From Rhizodiscina lignyota (taxonomy: Eukaryota): a stretch of DNA of 64,000 bases. The position numbers and the translations under genes are program-made. Below, piece by piece: positions 50,612-63,537 of this stretch. The stretch is taken from the NCBI GenBank assembly GCA_010015805.1, contig ML978123.1, positions 1,550,001 through 1,614,000 on the forward strand, in the 5' to 3' direction. The notes below the pieces were generated by a model. That model worked only from the letters and a program-made list of their open reading frames with translations. It had not been told where the DNA came from and searched no databases. Numbering within the stretch: the first letter of the stretch is position 1; every line of letters starts with the position of its first letter.

Positions 50612-52160
50612 CTAGTATACGTACGGGATGATACGCCACGGAACGATCTTGCAATACTCGTCCCAGTCCTTTCCATATTTCCGTCGGCACTTCTCTTCAT
50701 CCCTCCTCTCACGGTGGACTAGCAAAATAGCAAAGTACAGCATGTAGAAGTATGTGAACACCATGCCCCAGCCTCTAGCTTCTCCTTGGATGACCTCTGC
50801 TGTCGACGATGTGATGCCGGGGACTATCGCGTTTTTTACGATCATATAGCCTGCGATGCCGGTTGGCAGACAGTACGACCAGCTCATGAACCAGTCGCCC
50901 AAGTAATTGATGTGCCGTGCGGTTCCCCACCATCCGCTGGTCAACAGCTTGCTGCCAGTCTTGGTCTCTATGTACTTGAGGTGCGCGATCTTTGGGTCCT
51001 TTGGGTTCGTGCGGAAGCGATTCTTCTCATTATTGGTGGCGCGGAAAATGTAGTATCCGGTGCCTTGGACTGCAAAGATCATGAGGCAGCCAAGTGGTCC
51101 AAGCGATACCGGGTGAACTGCAAGATATTTGGCTTGAACGCTGTAAGTGAATGGCAACCATGCCACGTCCCCGAATGAGAGCATAAAGCCAAACCCGTCC
51201 GTGATAATATCGATGGTGGTGAGGATTGCCGGTTCCATGTACAGCGCATCAAAGACGTAAAGCGCTTGCGTGAAAGTGACAATGAGCATGCTATCCGTGA
51301 CGTAGCCATATGTCCGGTATTGCTTCGCCATGAACGCACAGTCCAGAAGAATCCAGCCTAGCAATCCCGGTCTCAGCTCCATGAAGGACTTGATGTCGAC
51401 CTCGCCGAACACTGGGAGCGTGATGCGAGGGTTCAGCTCGCGGCCAATGAACCAGTCATAGAACATGTTGCCAGTCGTGCCACCGGCCGCAAGCTCGCGC
51501 TTGTCCCGATTTCCATTTTTCACAGAAAAACTGCAGACATAGACGTAAACCGACAGAGCATTGGCAACGATGACGTTACTTGTCAGGATCTGCACGTAAT
51601 TGTCGGAAATGAATGTCCAGACCGGAAACTCTGCCCCTTGGACAATGGTGCCGGCAGCAGCAATGACCATAGTGAAGACTGCAGAGCTGAATGCTGGGTA
51701 GAGTCAGTCATGATTTCTCCCAAGCAGTCAAAAAGGTACGCACCGTTAAAGCGATATGTCAACCTTCCGCCAGACTTCAACTCTACCCCTTGCACCGTCG
51801 TGGCAGGGAGTGCAGCATATAGCACGAGACTCAGAAAGTACCAGCCGAGAGTCCCAAGGAAGGCATTCGTGTTCAATAAGCCCGAAACCCCCTGCCATCC
51901 CGTCTCGGCTTTCAGCTTCTCCAAAGACAGAGACGTTGGATGCAGCAAGCTTGGTGCAGGACAACCAGATATGTCGTTGCACAAGAACGCTAATGCATAT
52001 GGCACTGCGTGCACAGCGAACGTGATGAATGCCACCCCAACTCTATGGCAAGTTAGCGAATTAATGCGTAAATAAAGAGAAGTGAAGTCATCTACCGTCC
52101 ACCAAACTCGTATCTATGTTCTGACGCGGATTCCGCGACGTCTGCTGCGCGTTTTGACAT
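50612..52160 (-). CDS. ERG24: Delta14-sterol reductase; 3 exons
   Basis: YEFGG, GGRLTYRFN, YDWFIGRELNPR, DIKSFMELRPGLLGW, DIITDGFGFMLSFGD, LLTSGWWGTARHINYLGD, CRRKYGKDWDEYCKIVPWRIIPYVY*. Confidence 0.93.
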
Positions 52161-52902
52161 TGTTTCGTGATGAAGGTGAGATGGAGGTTAAGGAGATGCG
52201 TGCGACTGTCTGCCCTTATATCTCCTTCGATCAAGAGTACCACAGCCTCAAAGGAAACGATTTTTACGAGAATGCGAACATCAAGAACGAGCGTGAAGGC
52301 AAAAGTCCTGGGGAGACGTCAACTTGCGCGTATGGTACGGTTTTTCATATGCCGGAATCGGGTCAATCCGATGGGATGCGAGAGTGTTGACGCGCATTGT
52401 CGCGGCGCGGACGGCGCTAGGCCACATACGGACATGTTGCGTGTGGGCCATCTTGAGTGGAGCGACTCCTGAAACGCTTTACATGTCTATGTCATGTCTC
52501 TCACTGACAATGATATAAAGCTGGACAACTGCCTGCTATGATGGCGAGAATACTCGAAATGTTGAAATGTCTCCATGCAGCGCGGGAGCTTTCCGACTCG
52601 GCAGGGGAAAAGCACCAATCACTCGTGGTGAAGAGTTTGCGCTGCTGCAGCTTCTCGCACAAGTCTGGGTCCTGCCGGCAACTGGGTAAAAAGGTCAACG
52701 TGTACTTGTCATATAGACCTATCTTTGCAGCCATGCCGAGTAGACCTCGAGATTTTGCTGTCCATCTGCACCACAGAAAGCCTCTCCACCTGTCCCCATA
52801 CAAACCTGCGCCGTAAATAGATTCTCGTCGACCGTCGCCTCGCATTGCGATCGAACCATAGACCTTTCGGGCGAGACGCGACTATAATTCGACGCTCGCA
52901 AG

Positions 52903-53438
52903 ATGACAATCACACACATCGCCATGTTCCAATTCAAAACTGAGGCGTCTTCCGAGGCCATCGAACAGGTACATATATGACCTAAGCTGATCACTCCCTA
53001 TCGCATACTGCGTTCCTGACACACAGCCTCACAAGTTCACCCACCAAATGATGTCGCTCAAAGAGACCTGCATTCACCCGGAAACGAAGCAGCCATATGT
53101 CCTGAGTGTCAAAGGCGGATATGATGGTAATCCGACCAAACACCAGGTAAGCACTGCCTCTCCGAGTCCTCTTCCGTTTTGGCGTTTGCTGTTCGGCGGA
53201 GGCTTTGCCCGTCTGAGGTTGTCTCGGTCTGTGACATATCTGCTTATCCTGTGTCTCACAATAGTATGGGATCACACATGCATTCATCTTTGAATTCGCG
53301 AATAAGGAAGACTGGAAGTATTACATCGACTCGGAACCTGCACACTGGGATATTGCGAAGAGCATCAAGGATGTTCTGGAGAAAGTGCAGACGGTTGACT
53401 TTGAAGACGGACTATTTTCAGGAAAACTGCGAGACTGA
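52903..53438 (+). CDS. Stress-responsive A/B barrel (Dabb) protein; 3 exons
   Basis: MTITHIAMFQFK..|..LKETCIHPETKQPYVLSVKGG..|YGITHAFIFEFANKEDWKYYIDSEPAH..VQTVDFEDGLF. Confidence 0.88.
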
Positions 53439-55390
53439 TTGACATTTCCGCAGTGCCAGGGCTTAGAAGGCATTCAAGATATACAAGGCCCGCAAAATAG
53501 ACGTCAATCCACCTCGTTATCGTATGAGGCGAGGCGATAGGTTTCTCACAGCTGTACCCCGTAGAGCGTCGTATGTTGGATGGTGCTATTGCAAACTGCT
53601 TGCGGCCACGTTTCGGCACCTGGACAGCTATCTCGAGGTGCGAAGATGTTAACGGATAATACCGATCTTCCCAACACGGCCTTTCATTACCTTTGTTGGT
53701 GTCGTCCGGAGATCGCTATTGTTAGCCGGCTGAGCGCTGTCAAAGAAGCTGTTTGCCAAGAATGTGGCTGCGCTGGAGGATGGCTCCCTTTATGTGCTGC
53801 AACCCTCTTTTGGAAGATCTTTGAACGTCACGCTCGCCCCTGGCGGTCTGTGCGATCGCCGCATTCTCCCATGTGCGGCTACTGGCGTCGTTGAAGGAGC
53901 AATAGACGAGCAAGACGACTGCCTAATTAGAATATTACCCTTCCTCCACCCAAGGGCCAAGTAGGTATCGTGGGATATGCGAGCGGATAGCCGCACTGAT
54001 CGCCGCACAAGCCCCAGTCCCCTACTCTTTCGAATAGGTACTTGATCCTTCGCGAGCTATCACTGTACATCGGGGGTAAATGGGATGCTCCGGAATGGAA
54101 GATGAAAGAGCGGTTAGCGGCCGCTGCTCAGAGTTAGCGTGTAATAGATGTTGCCCTCTGCCTCAAAATACCAGTTCCTCGGGATGCCCCTGTACTTCGG
54201 CCAGAACTTTATTAGGATGTCGGACATTCGATAATTCATGGTCAGAGCTCCTCGGTATAGCGCTCAGTTCATAAGCCAGCACTGGAGCCAAGGCAAATCA
54301 TCAATTCATCTCGTGGGGTTGGTCTTACCGTCCGTAAGGAGATCTATTCCGTCATGCGAGCAGCGAATCCCTAAGAGTTGATAGTTTGTAAGAAACAGTG
54401 ACCAAGGAGAGCAATCAGATGCGCAATCGGTGAAAGCTGACTGGAGGCTGAACTCGGGCATGCCGTAGCGTCTCATTCTTGGTAGGTCTAACGGCAAGCA
54501 TTACGAATTGGTGTCTTGTGCGGCTTGCGCTGGGAGGCAGCGGATCTCTTCCGTGCGCGTGCAAACGCAGACCATGACACAACGCAATGGCAGGAGAACA
54601 GATTGTGCTGGATGAGAAACTGCGAGCGAGTGTGAGGCGGCACGCAGCACGGCGATTGAGGCTGCAACGGGAAAGGCTCGAAGGGGTGGTCGTTGCTCGA
54701 GCTGTCGAAATGAGAGCGGTCCCTGAAAGTGCGCCTAAATATAGCTGCGTGGCTGTACCATGATCCACGATTCCCGTAACCGGGCCCCGTGTAATCACTC
54801 CAAAGCTCAAGGTTCGTCTAGCATGCGGGGATCTTCATGGACCCGCCTCTATCACTGCGCTCCGGCAGAGTCGACGTGAATAATGATGCGGCGGACTTTC
54901 GCACGAGCGCACCGCATCCCGCTGGGCGGCCAGCGTTACGAGCAGTGGCGCCGCGACGAGAGCAATTCGCCTACCCGAGGGCTGTCTCAAAGGATGATAC
55001 GACACCACCTCGTTCCAATGGCAGGTGGCGAGCAGCTCCAGCGTCGTCGAGGCCGCAATAGCCTAAGGGCTGTCGAGAGGGTTTCCGCATAAGCAGAAGC
55101 ATTTCTCACTTGGACCCGCGATAAACTTGGCTGCGCTGGGCTGCGTACCTAGCAGCAACGCCGCCGTTTGCGTGGGAACATCGCCGCCGCCCAGATCATC
55201 CTGACTCTGTCAAAATAGTACACTATTCCTATTCTTCGCCGTTCCCACCCCCCGTCCTCCGCTTTGCGCCTTGTCGTCACATCTCACCTGCCCCCTCGCA
55301 CCGCACTCCGCCCGCTGCAGCAGTGCTCACCACCACGTCCTTAATATCCGGCCGATCGCCTCGTATGCGTTCCACTCAGATCGCGAGAGC

Positions 55391-56942
55391 ATGAATCTTT
55401 CTTCTAGAAACCCGGTTGGTCCTGCTCTTTCCTAGTCTCCACCTTCTAGCTCCCGCTGCACACGCGCGCCTCAGCATCCCCGTCAACACTGCCTCCACCA
55501 CTATCCTCGATCACTCGCGTGGCATTCATAATACTCATGCCATCCCGGTAACTGCATCTCGACCCTTACCTCGTCCTCGTTCCGTTCTTTCGGTCTTTTC
55601 CAATATCATTTTAATCATGCTTCTGACTGTAAATACTTCTTGTTGCTTCAAACCTTCTAATATAATCCTCCTGTCCGAACAGACGACATCATGGGGCCAG
55701 GACTGGCGACCGTCTCGAGGAAGAGGTGGTTCCTTTGAAGGCAGATACTCACCACCCTCAAATCACCCTCGGCAAGGGCCAAGCCCTGATATGGAGGAGC
55801 GACCACCGCCGGTGCCTCCAAAGGACCATCGAAGGTCCAGTCAGTCATCAACTAGTCGCAGACGGGTCCCGGCCCCATTACGCTCTAGTGATTATCAGAG
55901 ACAGCCGAACCAGCAATCGAGCAACCGTCAGAGTGGACAGACCACATCAACATATACATCGTATACGTACCCACCAAGCAACTACGCGAGTACGAGCCCA
56001 ACCGAACCTTCTTCTGCTCCATCAACCACGACCGAATTCGCAGAAGTCGATGCAACGATAGCTGCGTGGCAAAGATCCTCTGAACTCTTCATACCAGGTG
56101 AAGGGGTTACCCCCCGAGCTGCTACATTCGCCAGCACTGCTGGGCCTTCCTCAGAACATCACCCACCATCGAGTTCTGGAACATTACGGCGGACCGTCTC
56201 ATCCTACTCAGCTGCGGATTATTCGCCATCGGTTTATAGCCCATCACCATCACCGCAATCTGTGTCAGCTATCTCAAGATCTGAAACCTTCCGCTCTCAG
56301 AGCACTTGGGTACCGAGTCCAATGAGTCCAGAACTTCCTCGACTCCCTCGTGAGCATTGGGCTACCAATTCTTATCCACCGCCACAGCCAGACAACCGCA
56401 GAGGTAGTGCATGGAGTCCTACCGAAGAACCATTCGATGATGCCTCGCAATTCCACCTCTTCGTCGAAGCGACTTCCGGCCTAGGGCCGCTTGATAACAA
56501 TGGCAACAACAATGGCTCGTCACACACGCGCGGCAGCGTCTTTAGTCCCCAAGGCAACCGCGGTGATGGAAACGGTGGTAATAACGATCGATATCTCCAT
56601 TACCAGCACCAGTACGGAACGGCACCTCGTGCAACATCTGTTCCACCACAAGTACCACAAGAATTTTATGCACCTCGGCCAGCGGGCCATAGCGGTGTCC
56701 ATCGGCGACAGACATATCAGCATAGACCACGTGAAGCACAGGAATCAACGCATGCATTTGCAGCTGCGCTCGCCGGTGTTGTTATGGATCAAGAACCGAG
56801 CGACGATGACGACGAACTGCCAGATTACGCGCAAAGTCAGCGCGAAGCTCAGGCACGGCAGAGAAGAGCGGCGGCTCAGAGGGCACAAGAGTTGGAAGAG
56901 AGATGGGCGAGGGCAAAGGCAGCCGCTGGAAGACACCAGTGA
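55391..56942 (+). CDS. Low-complexity Ser/Pro-rich hypothetical protein; exons 55391-55414 and 55683-56942
   Basis: MNLSSRNP|TTSWGQDW splices in frame. PPPVPPK (SH3-ligand-like), ELPDY (PY-like) and a C-terminal helix. Confidence 0.72.
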
Positions 56943-57699
56943 CGCCATATTAATTTTCTTCGCTCCTTGGAGCAGTTGGCGGCTTGAGGACGACGAAAAA
57001 TAGTCCTCCTTATTTAGAGCCCCAGACACGAATTTCTTTGGATCACGATAGCTCTAAACGCATTTCTTGGCGAGCCATTTTGAAGATATAACTGGATTTT
57101 CTTGTATGTGATACCATATTAGAAGCTACTTATCGATTTTTCCATGTCTATCATATTTTCATCTGATAAAAAAAGGGGAGATGGCTTTCGTCGGCGCTGC
57201 GCTCTTGCAAGACCCTCACAAACCACCTGCCATTATAGGTAGTAATTCGCTGTGACAAAGTGCAAGCTCTCGCGACATGTCAACAGCTAATTTCATAATT
57301 CTCTTGCACACGTCATACTGTATACGAGCATCGGCAATTAATGCTCTTGTCACAATTATCCTGAGTTTCCAGTGTTCAGATCCATGGCCATGGATGCACA
57401 AGTCGTACCGTCTCCGCGTCGACTGCCACATTTCTCGAGCGCATAACTAATTTGACAAATGCGTCGCGGAGTATTATCACAATATCTTCCCGATGCAGTA
57501 ATTGTTGATGTGGGAGCTTGCCTTGATCTGTATGTTGCAAAAATAGACATGCATCAGGATGGAGCCCTTCGTATCAGAGTACTCAGCCACACCCTAAAGA
57601 CCACCCCGAAAAGCACGCTCACGGTGCTGACGTCCGAGCACCTGTTCTCGGCTTTCTTAAGCAGAAGCTTGTTTTCACTGCACAATGCACATCCCATAC

Positions 57700-59010
57700 C
57701 TGAAGCTCGTGCTCGAATACTTCGAGCCATTCGGCCCCTGCTCGTGTTGGTTGTCCACTGTGTGAAATGGCGATTATCGTGGTGCGTCTTCCACTGGAAC
57801 AACACTGCCAGGCTAATGCAGCCCACGGCTTCGAAAAGCTCGGTGCCCGAGCTCCTTCGCAATAAGTCTGAGCCCGGTTGATCGGCTTTGGACGAGAAAT
57901 TGTCTTGTCGAAGCGAGATCACGGGTCTTCCGAAGGCGGCCGACATCCTTAGACAGCATTGCCTCGATCTATGCAAAGGAACTCCTGCGGCTCTTCATTG
58001 CGTCCGCATGTCTCTGGCATCTTTCAGTATCTCTGTTGTCCTCTCTTTTCTCACTTGGGGCATGCTGATCTTCTGCGCAAGTCTTTGGACAAAGCTCAGG
58101 AACCGCCAGGCAGTGCCTCCTTCGGATCAGAACAGAATGTAAAGAGCTAGGAGCAACATGACCTGAAGTTGGTAAAGCTTCTCATCTCCGCATTCATGCC
58201 GCTGGCCATCGCTGGCGCCGTACTTGCTGATGATAGCCCCAGAGAGACAATGTGAAGCTGAGAAACAGCCTTGTAGAACACCCCATCGGGAACACCGGTA
58301 GCATCTGCTCTTCGCTCAAAAGAACTCCCATGCTCTTGCAATCAAATCATGGTGGCGAACAGGAGCTGAAGTCTGACTGTCGGCCTTTCATCCACGACAC
58401 CTGGTGGCCATAGTGCCTACGCGTACACGAATCCTCAGGGATACGCCCATCCTCACAGAGACAAAATGCGGCTAGGAATTTGAGACAAAGGAAAGAGGCA
58501 TTTCATAACATCTGAGAAACTTGTATGAACGATGGAGCGTCTCAAAGTAACAAGAGGTCGTCAAAGGGCCGCCCCATGGGGCCGCTCAGCCTCAGTTACG
58601 ACACGCTCAGGTTGAGCTCAGCAGCGACAAAGCGTAGATGCCCAGCCACTCGAATGACCTCATCCGACGACATCAGCTGTTGAAATCAATCTGTCATTGC
58701 GCTTCGTTCCGTCACCAGTGTTCTCAAGGATCTCGTAGATGCTGCAACCGAGAATACAGCTGCTGCAAGTACGGACAGCTGTTCCGCTCATCGGCCGCAT
58801 GTCGCTCGGAGTACAGCCTGTAAATGGAGAAGCTCACTCCCCGAGCCTTGGTTTTGAGGCACATGATTCCATCGTTCATGGATCGCACTCTCAGCAACGG
58901 CGAGGGTGCGGCGGGTGGCAAGCTGCCTACATGCAATGTCGCCAGCTCCTCTGCGCTCTCCACGGCGCACGCACGAGAGACTAGATTTAAACGTCTGCTC
59001 AACCGACGCT
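57700..59010 (-). pseudogene. Degenerate Zn2Cys6 / fungal-specific transcription factor
   Basis: Collinear remnants on the minus strand: VSRAC (~58975), YLQQLYSRLQHL (~58770), LQVMLLLALYILF*SEGGTAWRFLSFVQRLAQKISM (58170-58060), RRSSFA*IEAMLSKDVGR (~57990-57935). Several stops and frameshifts. Confidence 0.6.
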
Positions 59011-59460
59011 GCCCCAGTTCCACAAAGACAAATCAACTGTAATACGGTTCTTCACCTTATGTCAAATCTTTGACTATTTCTGGTGTTCAATGGAGCTTTG
59101 ATATCGCTGATAACAATTACTGAGTTACTTACTCAGAGAGCAGTCACAGAACCTGGCCATTATTAAGACGACTCATGACAATGTCGTTCACCCTGGTGGA
59201 TGTGAAATAATCGCTCTGAAACGAGTGTTACTCTTTAGATTCGTCGAGACCATGACTGGAAACTTAGTGCGATATGCTTTCAGACTTCCTCGGCTTCCAC
59301 GACGCCGCCAGTGAATTGTGCCTATGGTGCTGATGCTAGAGTCTCTCCTGCTCTACAGATGTCAAACAGATCTTGTATGCATTGATTCTTCGCCTATCAA
59401 TTCGGGCTCAGTGGGATACATCACACCCTCCCTGGCTCGAATCTCTCCATCTTTCCCTCA

Positions 59461-60664
59461 TTAGAATGACAAAACCAGATTTCCCTCGGGTGCAGTTGGT
59501 CTGCCCAGCGTGACGTACGCTTTCTTCTCGACAAGATCGGTCACAATGTTGAAGAGCGTTGCTGCTGTGCTCTCTCCCTCCTGCATCCGACAAATCGCGC
59601 CCGGCAGGCCGGTTTCATCTTTGAAAAGCTCCTGAATTGCAGGCACGGTCAAGTCCTTGACATCACACTTCTCGCTGATGTCACAAATTCTCTTCGCACG
59701 TGGCGTGCTGTCTGTCAGCCAATTGGTGTCGGTGACTCCTGGATGGTCCAACAGATAGTGGTTGGAGTGGCAGACTCGGCCCTTAGAATCTGCATACAGC
59801 TTCTGGAAGTCGATTGATGACCATTCAATGCCGACTGCGCCGGTTGGATCTGCGATCAGAGTGTGGCAGGATGATGCTAGTCCATACTTCTCCAGCTTCG
59901 CAACAGCCTCGTCTTTGCTGCTGCACTCGAGCACCATACGCCATGCGATATGGATGGGCAGCCTTGTCGGATCCATGCCATAAGCGCGGATGGCATTCAC
60001 GCAAAGACCGACACCAGCAGAATTCAGTCCGATCTTCCCGAGTTGCCCGCTCTCAGTGAGAAGCTTTATAGTCGGCTTCCCTTCCTGTTTAATATGCAGC
60101 AGTACAACGTTTGGCTTTTGCTCCTCCATCCACTGTACGGGTCAGCTCTCCTGTGCTGAGAAATACGGATATTAGGAGACAGTTCACTCACGTCCCAGTT
60201 TTGACACACATATGCTTTGCCGTCTGAATGCCATGAAAGAGATGTGCAACCGTCACTGAATAGCCCAAAAGCTATTTCGCTCCTCACATTGAGCGCGATA
60301 ATATCTCCGACGTCCAGACCCGCACCGTCGGCAATGCCTAAAAATACGAAGTGAGTCCAGAGTAGATCTGTGGTTGATTTCAATGAAACAAACCTTGCAT
60401 CTCCTGCATATATGCTGGCCATTTCCTTTGAATGACGCCTTGGAAATCCTCAAGGGCTAATCGGCGTACCGCAGCCCAGTCCATCTTCGAGGTCTTCTGA
60501 AACATGCCATTATAGAACTCTATACTGCTACGGATCTGCTCCTTAGCATTCGAGCCATGGGCATGTCCGATCTAGCACAAGCCGTCTCAGTATGGAAATG
60601 CAGCCAAATCAGGGCAAGGTCTTACCTGATACGGGTTTCCTTCACAGAGAATCTCCAAAACCAT
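59461..60664 (-). CDS. Peptidase C45 / acyl-CoA:6-APA acyltransferase-like Ntn-hydrolase; 4 exons
   Basis: MVLEILCEGNPYQ|IGHAHG..IIALNVRSEI..DGCT (Gly-Cys autocleavage site)..QNWD|W..TESGQLGKIGLNSAGVG..HSNHYL..TLFNIV. Confidence 0.9.
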
Positions 60665-61281
60665 TTTGAATTAGCTTTGTAAAGACGAAGGTCTTAATTG
60701 ACTTGTTTCAGAGAAGTTTGGGTTCGAGATTAGGTGTATTATCTGTCAATGTTCGGAATACGCTAGTTAATAGCGATAAAGCGGCTTCCTTTCAAGGCAA
60801 CTAAGTCCGCAATATGCTCAGTCAGATATCTGCAGACAAGCTCCGCAACAAAACGCTTTCGATATGTTCAATCAATCGTCTAAAGGCAAGATTCGTTGTC
60901 TATTCGATAGGTTTCGGTGCACATAAATGCGCGGAGATGCGCTCTTCTCCTAAAGTATCCATCAACCGAGGGCTCGTTGTCAAAGCGCGCAACTCCGTCG
61001 TAGCAAGCGCGCAACCACGACATATTTGTCAGCAAAGCATTATTGAATCGGTGCGTAGATTCTTGAACGTAAAGCACAGACGTCCATATGGGAATGTATT
61101 TAGATACGTCTGCAGCTCACTCTCATGAACGGCCGTAAAGTGGTCTATTCGTAAGATCATGGGATAACCCCAGGGTATCATCGGAACGACTAGCAATATA
61201 CTAGAAGGTTGGTTGTATGCCAACATTCATGCTAATCTGTCGTCCTAGTTCTTGTTTATCTGTTCAAACCCGAATGGAACG

Positions 61282-63002
61282 CTACACGTCAATCTTGCCA
61301 TGCTCAATGTTCTCAACAAGCGTTATGAGTCGATCATCTTCTTGCTGTAACTTCCGACGCCATGCAGGTCGGCCTGAGGCAAATATTTCGTCGATGTCTG
61401 TTGCAATTAGAATTACTACCTTGAAATGTGGTTGTGAAGGTGCTTCGTTACCTTCGAGAGTTTTCCGTTTGGTCTCCGGGAAGAAAAAGAAGGCCTGCAA
61501 TCCAGCGACAACATTAAAGACTCCAAAAATGATAAATGTCTTCCACTGAATCTGCTGAAATGCCGGCGGAGTAAAGTAATTAAGCGCAAATCCAAGGATC
61601 CAGTTTGCTGAGGTCGCGATAGACACCGCTTTACCCCGGAGACGCGTTGGAAAAATCTCGGGGGGGTACACCCAGCTTATTGGCGCCCAGGTACAGCTGT
61701 ATGTTGCAGTGAGCAAGTACGTGCAAGCGATAACTGCTTTGGAGGCCGGACCGTGGACAACCCATTTAACAACCGCCTGGCCATCTACGCCGTCGGGAAC
61801 ATAATGGCCGTAAACTTTGAGCAGCCCGGCTGTTGCGAAGAGCCATGCCATCATCATTACGCTCCCGAAGAGTAACGCTGGGCGACGTCCGACTTTATCA
61901 AGAAACAGGATAGCCGGAAGGGTCATGGCACAGTTGATGACATATTGGATAGAGGCAGAGACTAGTTTAATGTTTCCAGTGAGTCCCGCCATAGTGAATA
62001 TGTAGACGACGTAATACAATATAGCATTGTTTCCACTCAGTTGGGTCCATACGTGCACCGAGATACCGCAGGAGACGCGGAGGATATTGTCTTTCTGGAT
62101 TAGTTCCGACCAGCTCACATGCCCTCGTGAGTTGTCGATAGAGATAGCTTCTCGGATCTCGATATACTCAGCCCGAACAAGAGGAGATTCTGCGTTGCCA
62201 TTGCCATGAAGATCGGCGAGCACTTGGAGCGTCTCCTCCCAGCGGTCCTTGGAAGCGAGCCAGCGAGGAGATAGAGGGACGAAGAAGAGGCCAAAGAACA
62301 TTAACAGCGCTGGCGCGATCTGTACGGCCCAGGGAATGATAAATGTGCTGTTGTTTTTGGTAAAGCTTGCGCCGTAGGAGATGTAGTACATTATTAAGGC
62401 CTGTGACGTGCTCGGCAGTCAGTAAAGTGGTTGAAACAGGTTGAACTGACGTACTCCCCACGTAATTGCCCACTGCTGCAGTGAAACAATTCTCCCACGA
62501 ATCTCTCTCTTAGTGAGCTCTGCTAAGAGAGTCGGACCCGTGCTGGTAAATATTCCTAGAATCCTTTAGTGCCTCTGCCATGAAGATGTTCTGAATCGAG
62601 CTACTGACCCACGCCGAAGCCGCAGAGGAACCTGAAAGATTAGCATTGGATGTATCATTAATCCATGCATAATTCTACTAACCGGCCTACAATAAGCATT
62701 GCAATGTCTACGCTAGCAGCGCATAGGATGGCTCCAATGATGAAGATCACGTCTCCAATCTGAAGTAGAAGTCTTCGACCAAGATAGTCCATGAGCGCAA
62801 ATGCTGCCAGACAGCCTATAAAGGAGCCTCCAGATATACTAGCTGTGATTCCCCCTTGGGTCGTGGAGTCTGGACTTCCATAGTGAGTCTTGAACGGCTT
62901 GGTACTGATGATAGCAGACAGTGAGGAGATATCGAATCCCTGTAGTAGCCCGCCGATGACAACAATGGAAGTAATAGCGTAGATGTTCGACAATTTACGC
63001 AT
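61282..63002 (-). CDS. MFS sugar porter (Hgt1-like)
   Basis: GGLLQGFDISS, DYLGRR, IRGRIVSLQQWAITWG, SPRWL, WTQLSGNNAILYY, DKVGRR, WVYPPEIFPTRLRGKA, PETKRKTLE. Several introns and a ~23-nt microexon near 62620. Confidence 0.93.
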
Positions 63003-63537
63003 TGTGAAGGTCTCTCCAGTGTTTAGCTTTTAGGTGAATGGTTAAGGAGGTCCTTCAGTTATGAGAGACGATACCGAAGGTTATGATTCGCGACGCTGAC
63101 AGAAAAGCCAAGAGCTCGAATTCGGATGCAGACTTCGTGGCCTTGAAAACAAGCCATATTAGGTTCTCTTTTAGATGCATTATTATCATAGTTCTATTCA
63201 TCGTTAGTCTCCAACCGCGCACGTCTTACAGAATGCGAATCGCGCAATTGATCAATGATCTGCAAGCCCCACCGGGGAGATCATTTTCTCTGCAATTCTG
63301 CCAGGAACAGCAACTTTGCACTGTGCAACAAGACGCGCAACTCACACAATGTTACCCCGAGGCGGGATTTCGAGCTTATTTGCCTGCCAAGTATCTCCAT
63401 GAATGAGAACTCTGGAAACAGGCGCTTCGACACTACACTAATGTCATGACTCGAGCCGGATACACACATCCAGACGACGTGGACCCAGCTTAGACGAAGC
63501 GAAGGAGAATTCTTTCCATCTACACACTTTTCTGGCT

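Noticed and set aside
53450..55380. Long intergenic stretches here and at 33310-34900 as hidden genes or ncRNAs
   Set aside because: Only short ORFs without motifs; I saw no repeats, splice chains or RNA-gene signatures.
59461..60664. Penicillin biosynthesis gene (penDE)
   Set aside because: No ACV synthetase or IPN synthase nearby and no PTS1 at the C-terminus (LSF). Stand-alone C45 homologues are common.
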